Shown: positions 1 to 11,270, counted from the first letter of the whole stretch. The stretch: DNA of 63,719 nt, filler included, from Octopus bimaculoides (GCF_001194135.2; 4 parts of 4 records of this genome joined end to end with filler, not necessarily neighbours in it); one strand, 5' to 3'. Numbers and translations are program-made. The notes: generated by a model from the letters alone, not told the origin.

Positions 1-689
1 GTATATAAGCGTATGTTGTAATATATGCATGTGAGTACAATCGCCACTAAAAGATTTGCAACCAACAAAAGCCCCTGACCGAGTCAGCTGGAACCACCTT
101 GGGTGACAGCGTGAAATACGAGCCATCCCATATCTTTCCATAATTTAAGATAGCTCTTCACAGAACGTTAAAATGTACCAAATCTTATTTCTTGTTAGTC
201 AACCACACATCGTAAACGTTCTTCTTCCCATGAGAATTGTAAATTAATCATATTTCAAAAATACAGTAAGTAGATAGAAAAAGGCCTCTCACAAAGGAGC
301 AACGAAATTATTTCTCCTTAAAGTCTAGGAAGGTGTTATGTCAATTAATATGGCGGATAGATTACAATAACCCTACAAAATGTGTGATAAATGAATTCTG
401 AAATAAACTATTAATATCTGTCTCGAGAGGTCTATTAAATTATGTATAGCAATAATTCTTGACAGAATTAACCTTAGAACTGATATTTTTCTCACTTCCC
501 CTCTCACATTCCTTCTTTCACCTCCTTATGCGCTCTCACTCCTCAATAATGTATACACACATACATTTGTATGTGTATATATAGGTGAGTGTCTGTGTAT
601 ATGTGTGTATATATATACATCAAGCTACCATGCTTGATCGCTAAATCTTCAATTTTCATTTTATTCTCTCTGTTTATTTTCTCTTATTC

Positions 690-800
690 CTTTTTGTTTA
701 AGAGCGTAGGCTCGAAACGTAAAAGACTTTCTCACTTTCCCAAGCGTCAAACTAACACACCAGCTTGTTGTTCATACAGCTGTCTTCGTTTTTTTATAAG
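690..800 (+). mobile_element. Short PLE-derived repeat with degenerate hammerhead ribozyme
   Basis: cttt-[decayed core]-GAGC gtag GCTC-GAAA-CGT-A-aaag at 690-726: stem II hairpin, GAAA, palindromic ACGU stem III and cttt/aaag stem I are present, but CUGANGA is decayed. Confidence 0.5.
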
Positions 801-834
801 TTAAAAAAAAGACAAAAAACAATAACAAAAAAAC

Positions 835-1070
835 AACAAAGTGAGGACGTGATACGGATAATGTTATTAGACGCTCAGGAAAGGAAAGAGAGAGAGTATG
901 ACGTTTCGGGGGGAGCCCTTCGTCGGAAAGACGGAAAGTTCAAAGAATGGAAAAGCGGAGGAAGAAAAAATCGGTACCGATGCCCACGAGGTTACATTGT
1001 GGAAGGACCGGAAGAGGAGGTGGTGGAGGAAAAGTTCTTTCTAAGACAGGAGAGTGAAAAAGGGAGGTGA
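835..1070 (-). mobile_element. Related PLE-derived repeat in opposite orientation, HHR remnant at 895-930
   Basis: Minus strand reads CCGACGA-agggctcccccc-GAAA-CGT-C, then a tail (ttcctgagcgtctaataaca) similar to that of the 690-800 copy (ttcccaagcgtcaaactaaca). Confidence 0.45.
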
Positions 1071-1121
1071 ATATGTGTGCGTGCGCGAGGGTATATATAT
1101 ATATATGTATATATATACATG

Positions 1122-1172
<51 letters not shown>

Positions 1173-1326
1173 GCATGTATGTATATGTACATACTACTAT
1201 GTGAAAGTGCATAACGTAGCCGCTAAGGAAATTTGAACAGCGAGTTGTTACCACATGAATTAAAATCTTGGGCAGAATGACGTATTTTCTCCTTAAGCAA
1301 AAAACTTCATTTTATCTTGAACTAGT

Positions 1327-1780
1327 GTTAGCTATATTTGCCTCTCCAATATAGGGTCAATAATACGTAATCACAATAAACATAAACACACCAGAAACAC
1401 CCCTGAAAGACAGTGCAACTTCAGATCCAAATCGATGCCTTCTAAACAACAACTGTTTCGAAACAGAACTCGTATACAAAGCCAAGGCCACGGACCCCAA
1501 CGAAGTATCAAAGACGTATATTGGAATGACGGGAAACTCGTTCAAGGAAAGGTATATACAAACAGAAAACATGTAACATCCTTATCAAATGTAATATAGA
1601 CATTGAAAGGTAGAATAAGCAAACCCCAGATAAAATGGAAAATCAAGCCGGAAAATATGTGAACTCTGCATTACTGAAAAATCAAATATTATTCAATCAA
1701 CAGACATCTTAAACATTAGGGATGAAACATTCTCTCCCTGCATATATAATCAATATTTTACACTAAAATACTTCAAAGAA
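1327..1780 (+). mobile_element. 5'-truncated Penelope-like element (Naiad-like), GIY-YIG endonuclease remnant
   Basis: Manual translation across frameshifts gives VSYICLSNIGSIIRNHNK...CNFRSKS..CLLNNNCFETELVYKAKA...KTYIGMTGNSFKERY...KICELCITEKSNII..DILNIRDETFSPC. This contains the VYK/YIG GIY-YIG motifs, the Cys-rich linker and the CxxC C-terminus. The Naiad clade assignment is inference. Confidence 0.85.
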
Positions 1781-1894
1781 GTTCCCCTATAAACGTGGGC
1801 AACTGTAGCAGGATAGCCCCTCCACATATCATATGTGAACACACATAGCACACAAAGTTCACACAATAAAGAAATGTTACAAACTTCACACAAA

Positions 1895-1955
1895 GAAGAA
1901 ATAAGCCCCAACATACAGGCACTATGCCCTGTATGTTGGGTGAAACAAGACCATA
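1895..1955 (+). ncRNA. Degenerate HHR remnant with perfect 13-bp stem II
   Basis: cccaacatacagg (1907-1919) pairs with cctgtatgttggg (1928-1940) and is followed by tGAAAc. The upstream core is decayed (aaataa). It sits just downstream of the PLE ORF end. Confidence 0.35.
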
Positions 1956-2253
1956 CAAATATGCAAAATATTAAAAAAATTACCGAATAGACAAATACAA
2001 GGAAGACAAACTCCAAAATATGCCTTCTAGAGTAGCGTCCCTTGTTACATTGTCTCATTGTTTCATTTATGCGAGTTTACGAGAAACCCCGTGAACGAAA
2101 CGAGATTGTTTTCCAAAATGATGGCGAATACCTTTCTCATTGTGATCGGCTTGAAAAATTTCTTAAGACACTTGATAGATGTGTTTGCCTTCTACTCTTC
2201 TTAACATGAAACCAATGGTAGCCTTGATTCACAAATAAAGAAAATGTATATAA

Positions 2254-2286
<33 letters not shown>

Positions 2287-2290
2287 CATA

Positions 2291-2377
<87 letters not shown>

Positions 2378-2479
2378 AACACACACATACATATACGTGT
2401 ATGCATGTATATATATATATGTGTGTGTGTATGTGCGTGTGTGTGTGTGTTATAATTTAAAATAAACAGTAAAAAGTTG

Positions 2480-4700
2480 TCATAGTACTTGGAGTTTCGA
2501 ATGTCGGAGCAAAGAGCTATGATGCATTCTCGTCGTCCATTAATGGCAACAGACGCTATGAAAAGCCTATACCATACAATGAACTATACTCTAAAAAAAA
2601 AACTAATGGAGAAAATTACGGATCTTATTAAACGTATGAAACACAAAATTACAAGAATGAAGAGTCTATCACCGAGAACATATACCATGAAATTAAATCA
2701 AAGAAATTCTCTCCCAAAATCAAAGACTGAGAAAACTTCGAAACAGATCTACTGAAGCTTACAAACAAAACCAAATTTCTTAAGTCCTTTAACACTTTTC
2801 AACAGAAACTAAAAAAGACATTAAAAACATTAAAAATTCAAAAGAACAGCACTTTTTTCTGATAAAACCAAGAACCTTGTAGGCAACAGCACATACTCAC
2901 AACTCCTATATAACATTGTTACTAGTAATTACATTAAAGCTATACTGCAAGTTTATAACGACATTAATAAAGAAGCTAGTATCATCGCCACTAGGTTTAA
3001 ATTATATAATTAAAAAGAAAGAGATCCTTCCAAAACTGAGGCTTTTATAACTATTAAGCACCATAAAAAGAACTTCCTATCTGATCCTAAATGCAGATTA
3101 ATTAATCCTGTAAAATTAGAAATTGGTATAATTAGTAAGGATTTTTTTTAATCAATGCTAAAGTTAGAGGGGTAACTAATTTAGTACAATGGTCCAATAG
3201 TATAGAAGTTAACTGGTTTAAAGCAATTAAAAATAAGAATAAAGCATGATTTCCACAATTTGATATTGTAGATTTCTATGCATCTATTTCTAGAAAACTG
3301 CTAGATAAAGCTCTCACTTTGGCAAGCGATTTTTCAGAGATTAGTGAACAAGATAAGCATATAATCCTCCGTGCCAGAAAGTCTTTACTCTTCGCCGAGA
3401 ACACAGAGTGGGTCAACACAGCAGACACAGAGGGTTCTTTCGATGTGAGTATGGGATCATATGATGGCGCAAGCATATGCGATCTCATTGGGCTATTCCT
3501 GCTTGACACGTTAGGAAAAAGCTTTTCCTGGTGTATATTTCGCTATTTATTGGGACAATGCTCTAGCTTTAACTAAGAATATAAATGGATCAGCGCAAGA
3601 TCAGTTAAGGAAGAGTATTATCCATCTTATGAAAACATTCGATCTTAGCATAACAATAGATACCAACCTGACGGTTGTCAATTTCTTTTACGCTTCTCTA
3701 GATTTACAAAAGAATATTTACAAACCCTATAGAAAGCCCAACAATAGACTTAGTATTATTAATGTAGGTTCCTGCCCCCACCCCCATTATGTTTAAGAAG
3801 TTAGTTAAGAATGTTAGTAGGAGAATTTTTAGCCTCTCCTCCAATATAAACATATTTAATAACGCTGCCCCACTATGTAACAATGCCCTTAAAGCTAGTG
3901 GGTTTAAAGAGGAAATAGCTTACACACCTACTATTAGGGAAGAAATAAAGAAAAGAAAACATACACACAGGAAAATTATCTGGTTCACACCGCCTTACTC
4001 TTCCGAAGTGACCTTTAACTCAGATAAATACTTCTTGTCACTTATAGATAGACATTTTCTAATATATCATAAATATAGGAAACATTTTAATAGGCATAAC
4101 CTAAAAATTAGTTTTATTTCAGCCCCAAACATTAAAAACATAAATACAGACAATGCAACACAACACGAAGCCGGCTGTTCCTGCAGGGATAAAGACTTCT
4201 TCCAGCTAAATGGAGCCTGTATGACCGAGGCCATCATTTATGAAACCCCCGTAAATTCTACGAACGCTAATAACACAGTTTCATCCAGGAGATATGCGGG
4301 TCTCACAGAGGGAAATTTCAAAGCAAGGTTCAACAATCACACCTTAAGCTTCAGACACAGGAATAAACGAAAAAGTACCACATTATCCGGTTATATATGG
4401 TTCTTAAAAGACCAAGGTGTCAACTACAGGATTTACAGGAAGATCTCAACCAAGTGTAAACCTTATACCAACGGTAGTGGCAAGAGAAGTCTTTATAATA
4501 TGGAAAGATGGCTCATCTGAAAAAGTTCCTTGGACCCCGCTACATGTTTAAATTCAAGAACTGAACATTTTGGATGATGTCCGCATGTGACAAAATACCT
4601 GTTACTGTTCTGTGCTCCTCCCGCCCCCCAAGATCACGGCTAGAATCTGCATGTTTACTATGTTCCTGCACAAGCTTCCCATATGTTTTAATTTCTTTTA
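2480..4700 (+). mobile_element. Near full-length decayed Penelope-like retroelement (RT + GIY-YIG; Naiad-like)
   Basis: Frameshifted ORF: MNYTLK..KITDLIKRMK; FSDKTKNL; CRLINPVKLEIG; QFDIVDFYASIS; FDVSMGSYDGASICDLIGL; YWDN (decayed YRDD); KPYRKPNN; RKIIWFTPPYS; CSCRDKD..LNGAC; IIY..YAGLTEGNFKARFNNH; LNSRTE..CPH. Track ORFs 2489, 3319 and 3789 are pieces of it. Confidence 0.93.
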
Positions 4701-5292
4701 ATTTTTCATTTTTTAAACGTATTTTTTTAATTTACCTCTTTTTCCTTTTTAATTGTTTGAATGTGTACGTGTGTATGTAAATATTATATATATATATATG
4801 TGTGTGCGGGTGTATGTATGTGTATGTGTATATGTATACAAGTGTAAGACTCTGTCCAATGCAAAAGAGCGAGTTTCATACACACGACCCTTCATTTATA
4901 CGGATATGCATATGTTTGTATATGTGCGGGTGTAGGTGTGTGATAGGAGGATGTATATGTATCTATATATATATGTATGTATATATATATTTAAGTATAT
5001 GCGAGTATGCGGGAGTGTAAATCTATGTCTATATATATATATATATATATNNNNNNNNNNNNNNNNNNNNNNNNNNNNNNNNNNNNNNNNNNNNNNNNNN
5101 NNNNNNNNNNNNNNNNNNNNNNNNNNNNNNNNNNNNNNNNNNNNNNNNNNTGTGTTGCATCATGATTTCATGAGTCGTTCGTAGGGTTTCCACGGGAGTT
5201 CTTATTGAGATTCTATCTCTCTCTCTCTTCCTCACTTTATTTGTATACATGTGCACATGTATGTATATACATACATATATACACACACACAC

Positions 5293-5349
<57 letters not shown>

Positions 5350-5352
<3 letters not shown>

Positions 5353-6050
5353 TTAGGGACAAAATCCAAAATCACAGGTCGAAACTCAATTAAAATCAAT
5401 TAAAATTAAATTGAGCTTTACAGATTAAAATATATATAAATATATAATTTTAGGGAAAAGAACCAAGTTTCATGAACTTATCGATGAAAATCCACTATCA
5501 CATATAGAAAAATTAATAATTAAAAGCACAATAAATTAGTATAATATAATACAAAGTAAATATCATAAGATAAAGATAATAAAATGACTACACGTGTTTC
5601 ATAACTAATTTTCAAATAGAAAGGAAATTTAAATCGATTAAAATCAATTAAAATTATCGAAAATAAATTCTATTCAAAAATATAGCTAATCGTCAGGTCT
5701 TAAATAGAACAATAATTATAATGAATAAATATGTATATCAACCAACAATAAGTACCAAATGAATCTATATAAAACACTTATTCTATAAAGATAGATAAAT
5801 TATTAGAAATATCAAAACAATAAACATTCCATAAACATCTCCACATCCATGATAATATATGCTAACATTTATATTATATATAAAAACCAGCTTACATAAA
5901 TTATTATCGTTTTAAATAGAATTTAAACGAAGGTTAAGGTTAAGAGAATAATAAAGATAATATTAGTACTTATTTAACCGGTGTAATAGTTAAGCTAGAC
6001 TATTTAAAACGTTTATTTAAAACTAAAAACTTCTCCGAGTTATTCCGCTA
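5350..6050 (-). mobile_element. AT-rich repeat carrying an HHR, probably PLE pLTR-derived
   Basis: Contains the HHR at 5585-5700 and internal sub-repeats (aattaaaatcaattaaaatt at about 5388 and 5636). No ORF recognised. Confidence 0.45.
5585..5700 (-). ncRNA. Type I hammerhead ribozyme with very long stem II
   Basis: Minus strand: gac-CUGACGA-u-[uagcuauauuuuugaauagaa...uucuauuugaaaauuaguua]-u-GAAA-cacgug-UA-guc. Core intact, palindromic stem III ACACGUGU, GUA cleavage triplet, 3-bp stem I. Confidence 0.7.
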
Positions 6051-6261
6051 CGTGTTGAGGAGAAATTACAACTTAAGAGAAAAAAAATGGTAGAACAAAA
6101 GAACCATGGTGGAAACATCGCATTGAAAGGGAGATAATCGGGCAAGGCAAGATCTAGGAAATATTGAGCAATGGTTAGGAGGAAACAGGAAAAATGGGAA
6201 AAAGACCGATATATATATATATGTATGTGTGTATGTATGTATGTATGTATATGTATATGTT

Positions 6262-6470
6262 TTTGTGTCTGTGTTTGTACCCCCATCATCACTTGACAAC
6301 CGATGTTGGTGTGTTTACGTCCCCGTAGCATAGCGGTTCTGCAAAGATACCAGTAGACTAGGTACTAGGCTTACAAAAGAATAAATCTTGAGGTAGATTT
6401 CTTCGACTAAAGGTGATGGTCCTGCATGACCGCAGACAAATTACTGAAACAAATAATAGAATTAAAGAAT
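6262..6470 (+). mobile_element. SINE family B, 3' half
   Basis: gtttgtaccccc...gacaaccgatgttggtgtgtttacgtcccc...aagaata...gactaaaggtgatggtcctgcatgaccgcag matches the other family-B copies in the window. Confidence 0.8.
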
Positions 6471-6492
6471 CTATACATATATGTATACGCAA

Positions 6493-6653
6493 GAGTGGCT
6501 GTGTGGTAAGTAGCTTACTTACCAACGACATGGTTCCGTGTTCAGTCCCACTGCGTGGCACCTTGGGCAAGTGTCTTCTACTTGTGAGTGGATTTGGTAG
6601 ACGGAAACCGAAAGAAGCCCGTCGTATATATATATATATATATNNNNNNNNNN

Positions 6654-6715
<62 letters not shown>

Positions 6716-6905
6716 TGTGTCTGTGTGTGTGTGTGTCTGTGTTTGTCCCCCCACCATCCATTGACAACCGATGCTGGTGTGCATACGTCCCCGTAACTTA
6801 GCGGTTCGACAAAAAGAGACCGATAGAGTAAGTACTAGGCTTACAAAGAATAAGTCCATGGCAGCAGTCAAATGACTAAAACAAGTAAAAGAGTAAAAGA
6901 GAGAG
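6493..6905 (+). mobile_element. SINE family B (tRNA-like head + gcaccttgggcaagtgtctt segment + internal microsatellite + tail)
   Basis: A-box-like tggctgtgtggtaag, B-box-like ggttccgtgttcagtccc, internal (TA)n/(GT)n, tail cagtcaaatgactaaaacaagtaaaagag. More than 10 related copies occur in the window. Confidence 0.9.
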
Positions 6906-7089
6906 TATATGTATGTATATATGTACATATATGTGTGTGTGTGCGTGTGTTTGTGTATGTATGGAGCTTGTTTCATATATGTGTGTGCTCGTGTGTATGT
7001 GTGTGTGTATAACATTCTCAGGTTGTGAACATAACTATATTGGACAGACAAGTATGACACTGAGACGGAGAACTACACTACATAATATA

Positions 7090-7560
7090 TAGATCCGGCT
7101 CCCTCAATACAGACAGATTCCTTTGAGTGAACACATAGAGAGATGTGCGGGTAATATCCAACCAAACTTCGCAGTTATCCCCATCTACCAGTGCAAAGAA
7201 ACCAATTTCTATACGAGAACGTTTAGATAAAGAAAATCTGTTCAGCGAAAAATACAGAAAATGTCTGAATATGAACGCATATTGTCATCTCAGTATATAT
7301 TTTAATTCATGATCATATACCCATCACTCTACATATTTCTTCACAGTACTTTAGCTTTTGAATTTTTGTGTATATTTATCTACTCCCCTATTCCCAATAA
7401 TAACGATCACCATTTACCTCCCCTTAGATTTTTCTATTTGTTGAATTATTCATAAGCCTCTTCACACACAACATGGACTAAAATCTTCTTAAGAAAATAT
7501 GAAATTACAATAATTTCGATGTCATGATTAGCGAAAGCGAAACCGGTAGACAAACACAAT
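7090..7560 (+). mobile_element. 3' fragment of a second PLE type (Penelope/Poseidon-like C-terminus) with pLTR and HHR remnant
   Basis: Translation ..PQYRQIPLSEHIERCAGNIQPNFAVIPIYQCKE..RERLDKENLFSEKY..LN resembles a PLE endonuclease C-terminus. At 7520-7552: tgtc-atga-ttagcgaaagc-GAAA-ccggt-a-gaca. Confidence 0.6.
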
Positions 7561-7623
7561 ATAAAATGTATTACAAATATATTCAAACTATGTAAAGTGT
7601 GTGCATTTTCCTTCTGTTATGTG

Positions 7624-7684
<61 letters not shown>

Positions 7685-8689
7685 TAGATATAGATATATA
7701 TATATGTGTGTGTGTTAAATATTATATATTTTGTGCGTAGCGTTGTTCATGACAGAATTACTCTTTCAACAGCAATCACGGTGAGGCTGTGAGATGTACT
7801 GTAGAATAGTCTACAGACTAGTTATTTAACAAACTATTTAGAAATTATTGAATTGAGCTTGTGACATCAGGAACAACCAACAAGTAAAGAACCCGAAGTT
7901 GGAAACTTATGGACCATTTGCAGTATTTTATTAGGTGTCTTAATGTTCTCGAAATATCCACTTTATATCTGATCCTACAACTCAATGGAATATAAAACTT
8001 GTCACGCAACGAAATTGATACGATCCCCTCTCTTCTCTATTTCGAATGAAGAATCTCTGACTATTGCTGGCATCATATATCTAGTATTACATTATCAACC
8101 TTTTAATTATATTACTTATATCTCTTCTTTTTATACCTAATTTCTTCATTTTTATGCGACCGTATAGATTTTCACTTAATGTTGATATTGATTAGCATTT
8201 TCAAGTTGGTTAGTCAGGTTTTCTATTTATGTCTTCCAATCCGGGTGGTAAAACTTTTCCTAGCTTACTTTTGGTCCTGGTTGACTAATTATTTGAGGTA
8301 GTATATCTATGTATCTAATTTATTAACGATATATCTATTTCTAAATATTAAAATATATCGTCTCAATATTTTGCTTGCGCATTGCAAGACTAATAACCGA
8401 GCATAGAATACAATATATGCGTTAGTCGCGTACAGAGCAGTAATATGAAAATTGGATGACAAAGTGGCAAAGGAATAAACGATTACGTTATGAACTTAAA
8501 ATATATCTAAACTTAAGGACTTGCACATACAATTATTCAAATATTTTAATATTTAAATTTTAGTTCTTGTTTCGAAAAAAAATTGAAGCATCAATCGCTG
8601 TACGTGTGTTTGATGACTACAGGGACTCTAATATCTTCCCTGTTCAAAGTAATTAGTGAAAGAGATACAACTCGAGTTTATATAAGTAA

Positions 8690-8760
<71 letters not shown>

Positions 8761-9460
8761 GTGTACACACGCACACAGTTGTAGTTTTTGGGATGTTTTC
8801 CAATACATACATACGTCCAAGTCCGATCGTTGCCTGAGATGTACGTACAACTATATTTTATAAGACTCCATTTTGATGGCGGTATTTTTTCATATCAAAT
8901 TCAGTCATTTTTAAACTACATAGAACTTTTCATTTTTAACTTTTTTTCTTTTTTTTTTTTGGTGGTTGGGTATTGAATGATAAGCATTCTAAGATAACTT
9001 TTTGTTGGAGTCGGGAGACAATGACATTTTTTATATTTAGAATTGAAACAAGACTGCTAGCTGGCTGTCTATTTATAGTTGTGTAGATGGTCAAATGTTT
9101 TCATGTTGTGTAATCCCCTAATGTATTTATCGTTTGACGACAGTTCAATTACGACTCAATATATACAGAAAACAGTCGAGATTAAGTTAGAATTATGTCG
9201 TTCCACGTTTTTGCTGATGTTTTCAATTTTCACATCTTAAACTTTAAATTTCTTGCCGTACTATTTCTAGTTTCTACCGAAAAACCACTGAAGGTTTCTA
9301 TATTGACATGAATGTATTTCAACCATTATCTCCAATTCATATTCTTTTCTGAAGTTTAATATACATTTTAAGAACTAGATAAAAACCAACCTTACTATTA
9401 TCTCCTAACTTGACACCTCGCAAATCTTTTAATTTTCTCCTTCAATAACTCTTCATATTA

Positions 9461-9680
9461 AGGCGGCAAGCTGGCAGAAACTTTACCACTGTAGGAAAAA
9501 TGCTTAGCGGCATTCTGTCTGTCTTTACGTTCTAAGTTCAAATTCAGCCGAGGTCAACTTTACCTTTCAACTTTTCAGGGATCAATAAAATAGGTACCAG
9601 TTGAGCACTGGGATCGACGCAATTGACTTACCCCTGCCCCCAAACCCTGTTGGCCTTGTACCAAAATTTGAAACCAATAA
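9461..9680 (+). mobile_element. SINE family A (tRNA-derived)
   Basis: aggcggcaagctggcagaa...cttagcggcatt...gttctaagttcaaattc...gaggtc...aataggtaccagttgagcactggg...ggccttgt; many copies in the window. Confidence 0.9.
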
Positions 9681-10124
9681 CTTTTCACATATGGTATTGA
9701 CATGTGCAATCTGAAAGAGGCTGAGATGTCTGCATAGACAGCTGAACAGGATACAGTGATGATCATAATTTCTAAAAGAAATCTTTAGCCAAAATGAGAT
9801 CAAGAAGCCATACTTGGGACTTGGAGCGTTGCCGGAGACTAAAAAAGATAATACCTTTGAACATAAACTGCTTCTTTCAAAATGAGATACAACAATCATG
9901 TTCTTTTTAATACAACGGTTACCTCTTCGTAATTCTAAAGCTTTTCAGACAATTTCTTTACTACATTCTTACAGTCATTTAGTAGTGTGATTATGTTGAA
10001 TAATATTTGTCATGAAGATGATATCAGACTTATTATGTCCTGGCTACTGTTCTATAGAAATGCGAACTTCTAAAGTATATTTATTGTTATAATTTTATAA
10101 ATTTTGTACTGATTATTATTACAG

Positions 10125-10248
10125 AGGCACAAGCGGCATTGATATAGATTTGGAAAAAGTAGACATCAACCAATGTCCTCAGACAGACGGTTCTAAAGAA
10201 ACAAATGTATTTGCCGGTTCTCACCGATGTCGAACGGAAACTACCAAG
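10125..10248 (+). CDS. Internal coding exon of a GPR158/GPR179/CG31760-like class C orphan GPCR (end of Cache domain, start of EGF-like region)
   Basis: Acceptor ttattattacAG, donor AAG|GTAAGA. 124 nt, phase 2 to 0, open frame GTSGIDIDLEKVDINQCPQTDGSKETNVFAGSHRCRTETTK. It matches the recalled family motif GTSGIDIDLxxVDIxQC...FAGxxxC (human GPR158 VDINLQKVDIDQC..FSGTHKC). Not on the ORF track. Confidence 0.88.
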
Positions 10249-10329
10249 GTAAGAGGGTTTAGGAATGATTGACACTATCACGTCCTACCCAAACACTTTC
10301 TATATACTCCATTTTCCTGCTTTCTCACT

Positions 10330-10374
<45 letters not shown>

Positions 10375-10611
10375 NNNNNNNNNNNNNNNNNNNNNNNNNN
10401 NNNNNNNNNNNNNNNNNNNNNNNNNNNNNNNNNNNNNNNNNNNNNNNNNNNNNNNNNNNNNNNNNNNNNNNNNNNNNNNNNNNNNNNNNNNNNNNNNNNN
10501 NNNNNNNNNNNNNNNNNNNNNNNNNNNNNNNNNNNNNNNNNNNNNNNNNNNNNNNNNNNNNNNNNNNNNNNNATATATATATATATATACATACATACCC
10601 AAATGAGTGAT

Positions 10612-11060
10612 ATCAGAATTCCGAAGCAACTAACTTCTCTTTGGCCAATTCCCAACAGGAGGCTCATTGGAAGGTCACTCTTGAGCTTCAAGGACAATCT
10701 GAAGCGATGCAACATTCCCTTTTCTTAATGGGAATACAAAAGATCAGAACACAGGACCTCGTGCCGGACTTGCTTCTCCTCAGCTCAAAGATTTGAACAA
10801 AGTCGACTCCAACATCGGGACCAACTTACTGCAAGCATGAAGGCACGCAGGCAAAACGCTGCTCCTCTAAATGGAAACCACTTGTCATTGTCGTTTTATG
10901 GCACGAAGCAGGCCTTGCTGTCCACTCAAGAAAACACATAGTAAATGATTCACAAGCACTCAAGCACACTGAGTTCTCAACTTGTTTAATTTTCCAAACG
11001 ATTGCAAAGCACCAGCAGGCCTCAAGAGATATATCCGTGTCCATAGAACATGATTAACGT
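10612..11060 (+). mobile_element. RTE-clade LINE 3' ORF fragment with two C2H2-like zinc-finger remnants
   Basis: RIPKQL..GR..LSFKDNLKRCNIP..WE..RT is typical of the RTE C-terminus, followed across frameshifts by CHCRFMARS.AGLAVHSRKH and TCLIFQTIAKHQQ...SIEH. Confidence 0.65.
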
Positions 11061-11126
11061 TTTATTTTACTGACAAAGAATCCATCAAATATATATTAAT
11101 ATATTTAGAGGCATTTACATTAACAC

Positions 11127-11128
11127 AC

Positions 11129-11170
<42 letters not shown>

Positions 11171-11212
11171 TGACTGACTGACTGGCTGACTGACTGACTG
11201 ACTGACTGATTG

Positions 11213-11265
<53 letters not shown>

Positions 11266-11270
11266 GCGAT
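11127..11270. repeat. Compound tetranucleotide microsatellite (GACA)n-(GACT)n-(GATT)n
   Basis: Read directly from the sequence. Confidence 0.95.

Noticed and set aside
3789-4520. 243-aa ORF as a stand-alone gene
   Set aside because: It is the surviving thumb/GIY-YIG part of the frameshifted PLE, with conserved Cys residues lost.
4480-4700. Selenoprotein-type (Sec-encoding) Naiad element
   Set aside because: The TGAs near 4518 and 4576 are not at conserved Cys positions and may be CGA-to-TGA decay; no SECIS-like AUGA/GA quartet was seen downstream. The AGA at the first CxxC position is one change from TGA, but that alone is insufficient.
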